Assembly (NCBI GenBank): GCA_963706285.1 | Contig: CAVPLU010000004.1 | Span: 128,001-192,000, forward strand | Origin: Candidatus Bathyarchaeota archaeon | GTDB lineage: Archaea > Thermoproteota > Bathyarchaeia > 40CM-2-53-6 | Length of the DNA stretch: 64,000 nt | Reading direction: 5' to 3' | Part shown: positions 55,138 to 64,000 of the stretch, piece after piece | How positions within the stretch are numbered: the stretch's first letter is position 1 | Layout: every line of letters begins with the position of its first letter | Made by a program: the position numbers and the translations under genes | Notes under the pieces: model-generated | What the model was told of the DNA's origin: nothing | Databases searched by the model: none | The model's input: the letters and a program-made list of their open reading frames with translations, nothing else

Positions 55138-55797
55138 TTGCCCCTAGCTAAGGATCAGCTTCTCACAGCCTTAGCAGGGCTTAGGAAACCGGATGCCAAA
55201 CATGGTTTCACTCACTCCATAGAGCTCATTGTTAAACTCAGAGAGATCGACCTGAAGAAGCCTGAGAACCGACTAAACGAGTCTGTTGAGCTTCCGAACT
55301 CCCTAGAGAAGGAAACAAAGGTATGCGTCATAGCAGGCGGGGACTTGGCAACAAGAGCGAAGGCAGGCCAAGCCGACTTGGTCATGGGGAGAGAAGACTT
55401 AGACAGGCTAGGGAAAGACAAGAAAGCGACCCGTAAGCTTGCATCTGAGTACGACTTCTTTATCGCCGAAGCACCCTTGATGCCTCTGGTTGGAAAGACG
55501 ATCGGCCAGATCCTAGGCCCGAAGGGTAAGATGCCTACGCCTGTCCCGCCTACCGCTCCAATTGATCAGATTGTTCAAAGTCACAGGAAACTTGTTCGGA
55601 TCCGAGTCCGAGAACAGCCTGTAGTCCAATGCCGGATCGGAACAGAAAAAATGCCTGACGAGAAGATCGCTGAGAACGCTCAAGCGATCTACAATCGGAT
55701 CGAAGCAAAGCTGGAACGCGGCGCCAAGAACATACGCCAAGTGCTAGTCAAGACCACCATGAGTGAACCCGTAAAGGTTCAGGTAACGAAGGGTTAG
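55138..55797 (+). CDS. rpl1: Ribosomal protein uL1
   Basis: FTHSIEL, DFFIAEAPLM, LGPKGKMP, KTTM. Confidence 0.96.
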   Translation: MPLAKDQLLTALAGLRKPDAKHGFTHSIELIVKLREIDLKKPENRLNESVELPNSLEKETKVCVIAGGDLATRAKAGQADLVMGREDLDRLGKDKKATRKLASEYDFFIAEAPLMPLVGKTIGQILGPKGKMPTPVPPTAPIDQIVQSHRKLVRIRVREQPVVQCRIGTEKMPDEKIAENAQAIYNRIEAKLERGAKNIRQVLVKTTMSEPVKVQVTKG

Positions 55798-55800
55798 CTA

Positions 55801-56982
55801 ATGCTCACAAGACAAGCCACACATGTGGCTCCATGGAAGAAGGAGATGTTCCAAAGACTAGCAGAACTGATTGAGAAGCATCCGGTCGTGGCGATTGCAG
55901 ATCTTCAAAAAGTGAGATCATCACAGCTCCAAGAGATCCGAAAGAAGCTGCGCGGGCAAGCCGAAGTGCTCGTGGCAAAAAACACCATACTTCAGAAAGC
56001 AGCCACCTCCATGGATGTGAAGAAACCTCACATCAACGACTTCGCCGAGGGCCTCGTCGGCTCGAATCTTCTATTGTTCACAGGCATGAACCCTTATGCG
56101 CTCATCCTCTTTCTAAACAAGAACAAGGTTCGTGTTCCTGCCAAAGCCGGCGACACAGCAACAAGCGAGATCATGATTCCCGCGGGCAATACCGGGTTAC
56201 AGCCTGGGCCCGTTATCAGCGAGTTTGGAGAGGTTAAGGTCACAACTAGGATCGAGGGAGGCAGTATCTGGGTCGCAAAGGACACTGTCGTGGCCTCAAT
56301 AGGCGACACGATATCCCCGAAACTCGCGTCTCTGCTATCGAAACTCGGCATGAAACCAATGGAAGCCGGGCTATCGATAGTTCGAGCCTTCGACGAGGGC
56401 ACAGTCCTCAAACAGGAAGACCTACTCTTCGATCTCGAATCATACAAGAGCGACATTTCGGAAGCATGCAGAGACGCAATCGCGCTAGCAGTCGAGGTAG
56501 AATACATTCTACCCGAAACCGCTCCGATCATCATAGGCAATGCCTACCGCGAAGCGCTCTACATAGCGAACGAGACCGAGTTCGCAACCTCTGAGAACAT
56601 AGCAGACCTCGTCAAGCAAGCCTATTCAGAGATGAGGGTCCTCTCCGAAGCAGCCGCCCAAATCAACAGCGAAGCAGCAGCCAAGGACGCGCCGATCGCT
56701 TCGCCAAGTTCTGGACAAAAACCCGCCGAAACGAAACCTGGAACCAAACCATCCGAAGCGAAACCACCCGAACCTAAACCGGTCGAAGCAAAACCAAAAC
56801 CCTCTGAAACTAAGCCAGTTGAAGTAAAGCCGCCACAAGAGAAACCGCCGACAGTGAAGCCGTCCGAGACGAAGCTACCGGAAAAAGCTTCAGCGGCCAA
56901 ACCATCCGAAACGAAGACGGGAAGTGCGAAACCGCCGGAGAAGAAACGGCAGGAAAAGGTTGAAAAGAAGGCTAAACGGTAG
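55801..56982 (+). CDS. rpl10: Ribosomal protein uL10/P0 with KP-repeat tail
   Basis: [31 protein letters not shown]. Confidence 0.95.
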   Translation: MLTRQATHVAPWKKEMFQRLAELIEKHPVVAIADLQKVRSSQLQEIRKKLRGQAEVLVAKNTILQKAATSMDVKKPHINDFAEGLVGSNLLLFTGMNPYALILFLNKNKVRVPAKAGDTATSEIMIPAGNTGLQPGPVISEFGEVKVTTRIEGGSIWVAKDTVVASIGDTISPKLASLLSKLGMKPMEAGLSIVRAFDEGTVLKQEDLLFDLESYKSDISEACRDAIALAVEVEYILPETAPIIIGNAYREALYIANETEFATSENIADLVKQAYSEMRVLSEAAAQINSEAAAKDAPIASPSSGQKPAETKPGTKPSEAKPPEPKPVEAKPKPSETKPVEVKPPQEKPPTVKPSETKLPEKASAAKPSETKTGSAKPPEKKRQEKVEKKAKR

Positions 56983-57011
56983 CTGGCGAAGTCTATTACA
57001 AGGTGCGAGTC

Positions 57012-57317
57012 ATGAAATATATGTACGCCGCATTGCTGCTTCACTCAGCAGCACAGTCAGTCGACGAAGAGAATATTAAGAAAATCCTAACCGCAGCCGG
57101 TGTCAAGCCAGAGGAAGCCAGGGTCAAAGCTCTCGTAGCAGCCCTCTCCGAAGTCAAGATTGACGAGGCTCTAAAGGCAGCAAAGGCAGCACCCATTGCT
57201 GTCGCGGCGCCAACAGCCGCTGCACCAGCTGCAGGAAAGAAGGAAGAGAAGAAACCCGAAGACGACAAGAAGAAGGAAGAAGAAGCCCTAGCAGGTCTTG
57301 GGGCACTATTCGGCTGA
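57012..57317 (+). CDS. rpl12: Stalk protein aP1/L12
   Basis: [24 protein letters not shown]. Confidence 0.96.
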   Translation: MKYMYAALLLHSAAQSVDEENIKKILTAAGVKPEEARVKALVAALSEVKIDEALKAAKAAPIAVAAPTAAAPAAGKKEEKKPEDDKKKEEEALAGLGALFG

Positions 57318-57453
57318 TTCCATGTGCTTGTCTTGGGCCATCTCTGCCTCAAAACGTTTTTTCTTGCTCTAACCCTTTAGCCAACAAGGCAGAGCAAGAA
57401 AGTTCTTTGTATTCACTGCGTCTTCTGCCTTGTGGGTCCGAAGGGGCGCCATA

Positions 57454-60209
57454 ATGGACATTGACGAGAAAGAGTTCGCGGTTCCTTTCTTCAAGGAGTT
57501 GGGATTCGCTAGACGTCGCTGCATCGGGTGCGGAAGCCACTTCTGGACACAGATGCCTGACCGTGCAACTTGCGGCGATGTTCCATGCGAAGAGTACACG
57601 TTCATTGGGAATTCGCCCGCTCGCAAGAGCCTTTCTCTGCGGGAAGCTCGCCAAACATTCCTATCATTCTTCGAGAGCAAAGGTCACAAGATAATCAAAC
57701 CTTATCCGGTTGTGGCTCGTTGGCGTGACGACGTCTACCTAGTCGGCGCATCCATATTTGATTTCCAACCTCTCGTGACAGAAGGTGTAATTCCACCACC
57801 GGCGAACCCGCTTGTCATCAGCCAACCCTGTCTACGATTCACGGATCTGGATAATGTTGGCCCAACCGCGGGGAGGCACCTTCTCATATTCGAGATGGGC
57901 GGGCATCACGCCTTCAACTATCCAGACAGACAAGTTTACTGGAAGGACGAAACGATCCGATATCACCACGAATTGCTTACTGACCGGCTCGGCGTAAGGT
58001 CAGATCTCGTCACTTACAAGGAACATTTCTGGTCAGGCGGAGGAAACGCTGGGCCCGACCTTGAAGCCTGCGTCAATGGTCTTGAGGTCTCTACGCTCGT
58101 TTTCATGCAATACAAAGCCATCGGCGATCAGCTATTTCCGCTTCCGATCAAGACTGTAGATACAGGCTACGGGATTGAGCGGTGGGCGTGGCTCACCCAG
58201 GCCTCACCAAGCTGTTTCTCAGTCATCTACGGACCGATACTGGATCGCATACTGACGCTTGCAGGGGTGAGCATAGATCCGAAGGTCATGATTGAGAACA
58301 CGAAAGTTTCAGGCATCATGAATATCGAGAAGAATTCAGACCGAATTGAGGCACGCAAGAAGGTTGCAGAGAGGCTTGGGATGGACTGGCATGAGCTTGA
58401 GGCAATTATTGTTCCGATCGAAAGGGCGTCCGCGGTAGCCGACCACACGAAGGCGATCTCTTTCCTGCTGGCCGAAGGCGTTGTTCCATCCAACGTGGCA
58501 GCCGGTTACCTTACACGACTGTTGATTCGAAGGACATACCGCATGCTACGGTTACTTGGAATCGAGGATCGTTTGGGCGAGATCACCGACATGCAGATCA
58601 GCCACTGGGGAGTTGATTTTCCGCATCTCAGCGAGATGAAGAATGAGATACTAGAAGCTCTCCGAGTTGAGGAAGGGAAGTTCAAGAAGACACTGGAACG
58701 AGGAAGTGAAATTGTCAGACGCATCTCAATTGATTTGAAAGCGAAACATCAAGACCGCATACCAACAGAGACACTTGTTCAACTCTACGACTCGCAAGGC
58801 CTCGTGCCGGACATCGTGCGAGATGAAGCCGAAAAGGAAGGAATCCGAGTTGACGTTCCCGGCAACTTCTTTGGGATGGTTGCTCAGAAGCATCTATCCG
58901 CAGCCAGCGAAGCTGAAGACGAATCAGAGAAGTTGCTGAAGGAGAAGGTCGCTCGGTTCCCTGAGACGACGCCTCTCTACTACACAGGATGTCTACCAGC
59001 AGGAATTCGAAGCGAAGGTTCTCGGAATCATAGACGATAATCACCTCGTGCTTGATCAGACGTGTTTCTATTCGGAGAGCGGCGGACAAGTCCGCCGACC
59101 AGGGCGTGATAGTGTCGTCGTTCGGTTCAGCGAAGGTAATCGATGTCCGACGCGTTGGCAAGGTTGCATTGCATTTGATCGATGGCCCTATGCCAAAGGT
59201 CGGCGAGAAGGTGAATGGAAAACTCGATTGGCAACGCCGGATTGCACTGATGCGTCATCACACAGCGACACATGTCGTGTTGGGAGCTGCAAGGAGGGTC
59301 CTCGGGCAACACGCTTGGCAGGCAGGTGCGCACAAAGGCGTCGAGAACGTGCGCCTCGACATTTCGCATTACGAGCGGATTACGGACGAGCAAGTTGCTG
59401 AGATCGAGAGGCTCGCCGGTGAGTTGATCATGAGATGTGTCCCGGTCGAGGCCACATGGATGCCACGAGAAAAGGCGGAACAGGAATACGGGTTCATTCT
59501 ATACCAGGGCGGCGTGGTCCCAGGAAGGGAGATCCGCGTCATCAAGATTGGTGACTGGGATGTTGAAGCCTGCGGCGGAACACACGTGAAGAACACGGGC
59601 GAGATCGGCTTGATCAAAGTGCTCAAGACCGAGCGCGTCCAAGACGGCGTTGAACGTCTCATATTTGCCGCCGGAACGGCCGCACTGAAGGTCATACAAA
59701 ACAGACAGGCAATACTAGAAAGGAGCGCTTCAATCCTCGACGCGCCTCTGGAGAAGGTGGACGAGTACGCGAGCTCCATCTCGGAAGAGAAAGACCGTCT
59801 AATTAAGCGTCTCCAAGACGTTCGGACCCAACTCGCGGCCGTTGAGTCGAAGAATCTTCTCTCACTTGCTGAAAAGATTGGAGAGATCAAACTGGTTACT
59901 GTCATGAAAAGGGTGGGTGAGGAAGAGGACATTGTAGCATTGTCAAACCAAATTGTCGAAGCTGACCCAACCGCCGTACTCGTGGCGACACTCGTCAGAG
60001 ACAACGTGAGGATCTTCGTCGCGGCCGGTAAGGATGCCATCAGGGCAGGGGTGCACGCAGGCAAAGTGGCAGGAGAACTTGCTAAGATAGTGGGCGGAGG
60101 AGGCGGCGGAAAAGAATACTTCGGGCAAGGAGGCGGAACCATGCTGAACAACGCTGAGGTTGCACTCACAACCGCAAAGAAGGTTATCCAATCCCATCTC
60201 AAGAGGTAA
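57454..60209 (+). CDS. alaS: Alanyl-tRNA synthetase (two indels, near 58985 and 59090)
   Basis: PVVARWRDD, FEMGGH, DTGYGIER, HTATH, ACGGTH, GGGGG. Confidence 0.96.
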
Positions 60210-60215
60210 CAGGTA

Positions 60216-63123
60216 GTGGTTGTGGACTGGAAAGCGGTTCAGGAAAAGGTATTGAAGGACTGGGAAGAAGCTCGCATATTCGAGGCTGACCCCGACCCAT
60301 CTAAAGAGAAGTTCTTCATCACAGTCGCGTATCCATACCCTAACTCTCCGCAACACATTGGCCACGCCAGGACGTACACGATCACCGATGTCCACGCCCG
60401 ATACCTGCGAATGAGAGGCTACAACGTACTCTTCCCGATGGCGTTCCATTACACGGGAACACCGATTCTTGCAATGGCGGAGCGAATTGCTAAAGGAGAT
60501 CCAGAACTCGTCGACGACTTCCTCCGCATATATCATGTGCCCAAAGAGAAACTGAAGGATTTCACTGAGCCGATCGAGATAGCTCGCTACTTCCACGAGG
60601 AAGTGAAGCGCGGTATGAGGGACATGGGGTTTTCAATCGATTGGCGAAGAGAGTTCACAACCGTCGATCCAACTTACAGCCGCTTCATCGAGTGGCAATT
60701 TGGGAAACTACGTGAGAAAGGTCTGATCACCAAAGGTAGTCACCCAGTGGGATGGTGTCCGAACGACGGCAACCCGGTCGGCCAACACGATACCATCGGC
60801 GATGTAGAGCCAGAGATTGGACAGTACGTCTTGCTGAAGTTCAAGATGGGCGACGCTTTCCTCCCAACAGCTACTCTCAGACCCGAGACTGTGTTTGGAG
60901 TCACCAACATCTGGGTGAAGCCCGACATAGTCTATGTGAAAGCGAGAATTGATGCGGAGAACTGGATAATCAGCGAGCCGTGCCTCAAGAAGCTGGAATA
61001 CCAGAACCGCAAAGCAAGTGTCATCGAACGCGTGCAAGGAGCCAGTCTGATCGGGAAATCTGCAACAAATCCAATGACAGAGACTCCGGTGATCATTCTG
61101 CCAGCCGAATTTGTGGATCCTGAAAGCGCGACTGGCGTAGTGATGTCAGTTCCGGCGCACGCTCCATACGATTATCAGGCACTTGTAGATTTGGAGCGAA
61201 AGCCGGAAGTTCTGAGTCAGTTCGGTATTGCGAGAGACCTGGTTACGAAGCTTTCACCGATTGGTGTTGTCAAGCTTGAAGGGTACTCGGACGCTCCGGC
61301 GGTTGATGTGGTGAAACATCTAGGCATAGAAAAGCAGACCGATCCAAAGCTAGAGGAAGCCACAAGTGAGGTCTACAGCAAGGAATTCCATTCAGGACGC
61401 ATGAGAGACTACACAGGCACCTACGCAGGCCTATCCGTCTCAGAGGCGAGAGATCGAGTACGGGATGATCTGGTTGCGAAGGGCGGCGCCGATGTGATGT
61501 ATGAGATCATCAACAGACCAGTCACATGCAGGTGCGGCACGCAATGCATCGTGAAGATGTTTGAGAATCAATGGTTCATCAACTACGGCGACCCAAAATG
61601 GAAAGAACTCGCACGCGAGTGCCTCAGGTTGATGAGTATCCTCCCCGAGGAATTCCGAACTGAGATTGACTATGCAATCGGTTGGCTTAAGGAAAAGGCA
61701 TGCGCCCGGAAGTCCGGGCTTGGAACGCGCCTCCCATGGGATAAGGACTGGATCATCGAAAGCCTCTCTGACTCCGTCATATACATGGCGTATTACATAC
61801 TAGCGAAACACATCAGACGCCTCAAGCTGAAACCGGAACAGCTGTCAGACGAGATACTCGACTATCTCTTTCTCAGCCAAGGCGACGCGCAGAAGCTGGC
61901 GAAATCAGCTGGAATTGAGGATTCAAAGCTGAGAGAGATTCGGGATGAGTTTGCGTATTTCTATCCAGTCGATTCGAGACACTCGGGTAGAGATCTGATA
62001 CCGAATCATTTGACATTCTACATCTTCAACCATGCCGCCATATTCCCACGAGAGAAGTGGCCTCGCCAGATAGTTACCAACGGGAGCGTACTAATGGATC
62101 ACGCGAAAATGTCCAAATCATTTGGCAATATTATTCCGTTACGTGATGCAATCGCTCAGCATGGCGCCGATGCTGTTAGACTATCAACAGTCTCAGCAGC
62201 TGAGCTAATCCAAGACGTCGAGTTCAGCCACCAAGCTACCGAATCTCTACGTGAGAGAATCGAGCGAATGTACCTTCACGCTCAATCCATTGTTGCTGCT
62301 GGTCCCGCGAGCAGCACTGCAACCTACGGGGGGAACGAAGAGAAATGGATGCTCAGCAGACTTCAGAGTTGCATACGAGACACGACTGCCGCGATGGAAA
62401 AGTTGCGTGCGCGAGAGGCCGTTCACCATGCACTCTACGAGCTTGAGCAGGATCTGTCATGGTATATGAGGAGAGCCAAGGCGCGTTCGGGAATCAATCC
62501 CGACATTATCATGCGCGTATTAGACGCACGCGTTCGACTGATGGCGCCATTCACACCGTTCATCTCCGAAGCAACCTGGAGCATGATGGGAAAGCAAGGG
62601 TTCGTCTCAATTGCAGAGTGGCCGCATCCTGACATGGCTCTCATGAATGAGAAAGTGGAGGAAATCGAAAGCCTTCTCCAAACAACCGTAGAGGACGTGG
62701 CAAATATACTCAAGACAACCGGGATGAGCGTGAAGACACTCTACCTCTACACATCTGCAGAATGGAAATGGTCGCTGTATCTGAAGGCGCTTGAGATGGC
62801 CTCCAAGGGGTCCGTGGGAGTTCCAGAGCTGATGAAGGCCGCCTCAGCAGACCCAGCTCTGAAAGAGAGAATGAAGGAAATATCGAAGCTCGCTCCTAAA
62901 CTCGCCAAGGATTTACAGGTTACCGCACTTGACATGCAAGAGAAGAGGCGCAGACTAGGCAAGATCAGCGAACGCGAAGCCCTCGACAGACGCCGCAGCA
63001 TTCCTCAGCAAGGAATTCAAATGTGCGGTCACCGTTCACGAAGAAACGGACGAGAGAAAGTACGACCCGAAAGCGCGAGCTCAGACAGCTCAACCCTTCC
63101 GCCCAGCCATCTACATGGAATAG
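60216..63123 (+). CDS. leuS: Leucyl-tRNA synthetase (indel near 62987; corrected end YDPKARAQTAQPFRPAIYME)
   Basis: AYPYPN.PQHIGH, ATLRPET, IESLSDS, KMSKS. Confidence 0.96.
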
Positions 63124-63213
63124 AACCCCATCTTGAGCCAGTGCTGGCTCCTGAGGCTCAACAAGGTGCATAGAAGAAAGCTGATATGAGCAACAGTCCA
63201 GTGTGCGCATAGC

Positions 63214-63342
63214 GGGCCCGTAGCTCAGCCTGGACAGCACCCCCGATGCGCAAGTCAGGGTGTTCAAAGCATCGGCCCTCTATGCCTACAACAGAGCGAG
63301 GCAAGCCGGGGGCCGTGGGTTCGAATCCCACCGGGCCCGCCA
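63214..63342 (+). tRNA. tRNA-Arg(UCU) with two introns: 22/23 (63238-63267) and 37/38 (63283-63303)
   Basis: Spliced 78-nt cloverleaf with A20 and G73; BHB central helices GGAC/GTTC and CCTC/GAGG; C at position 33. Confidence 0.88.
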
Positions 63343-63388
63343 TTTCTACTAAGATATGGTTGGTTTGCCTTGATTGCAGCGTTCTTCC

Positions 63389-64000
63389 TCAGTTTACCCA
63401 GATTGTTTTCTTGCTCGTGAACTCGAGGAGTCCGTAGCGAGAGAGCTCTACTCCCAGGCCGCTCTTTTTCATGCCTCCGAAGGGTAGACGTGGGTCTGAG
63501 GAGACGATTTTGTTGATGAATACCATTCCGGACTCGATTTCGGAGACGAGTTTCTCTGCTTCTTCGGAGTCGCCCCAAATTGAAGCGCCAAGCCCGAAGG
63601 GTGTTTCGTTCGCTAGTTTGACGGCTTCCTCGTTCGTTCTGAATTTCTTGATGATGGCGACTGGGCCGAATACTTCCTCGTCGAAGAGTGTGTCGATTCG
63701 AGCGATGGTCGGCGGGATGAAATTGCCTTTCAGCCCGTCTGCTAGCTGTTCCACTTCGCCTATTGATTTCAGCCTTTTGACTTGGTCAGCTACTATGTCC
63801 TTCTGCTCCTTGCTTGAAAGTGGTCCGAGGAGCGTGTTCTTCTCGAGCGGGTCGCCGATCTTGACCTTGGAGAATTCCTCTTTCATGCCTTTAGCGAAGT
63901 TGTCGTATGCGTTCTCGTGGACTATGAATCTCTTTGATGCGATGCATGACTGGCCGTTGTTCTGGATTCGTGCATAAGCGCAATTCTTGATTGCTTCTCC
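63389..64000 (-). CDS. NAD(P)-dependent aldehyde dehydrogenase, 3' part
   Basis: QNNGQSCIASKRF, EEVFGPV, LPFGGMKKSG.G.E. Confidence 0.92.
   Translation of the reverse strand, partial: GEAIKNCAYARIQNNGQSCIASKRFIVHENAYDNFAKGMKEEFSKVKIGDPLEKNTLLGPLSSKEQKDIVADQVKRLKSIGEVEQLADGLKGNFIPPTIARIDTLFDEEVFGPVAIIKKFRTNEEAVKLANETPFGLGASIWGDSEEAEKLVSEIESGMVFINKIVSSDPRLPFGGMKKSGLGVELSRYGLLEFTSKKTIWVN

Noticed and set aside
59369-60202. Long antisense ORFs such as 277 aa opposite alaS and 218 aa opposite qmoC
   Set aside because: Shadows of codon bias in real genes, with no recognisable motifs.
63272-63309. CTCTA read as an amber (CUA) suppressor or tRNA-Pyl anticodon
   Set aside because: The BHB register and 5-bp stem centre the loop on UCU, and the body has Arg identity elements (A20, G73).

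Overview
Archaeal chromosome segment. Gene content and order, TTG/GTG starts and intron-rich tRNAs point to TACK, probably Bathyarchaeia (inference). About 20 single-base indels break genes, including essential alaS and leuS, so they look like uncorrected long-read errors. Contents in order: lysA-dapB-dapA; bacterial-type asnA; two back-to-back MvhADG/HdrA clusters, one headed by a membrane QmoC-like subunit and one by HdrCB; a Rieske/cytochrome b6/subunit IV plus SdhCDAB cluster; a ribosomal-protein superoperon whose middle is inverted and carries an island of modular surface proteins; alaS-leuS. The main signal is in the tRNA genes: all four are interrupted, with 11 introns in total, each with a hand-folded bulge-helix-bulge motif. 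tRNA-Phe(GAA) at 27573-27736 has four introns (8/9, 30/31, 46/47, 59/60) and tRNA-Gly(GCC) has three. All calls come from motif recognition and manual folding; no searches were run.
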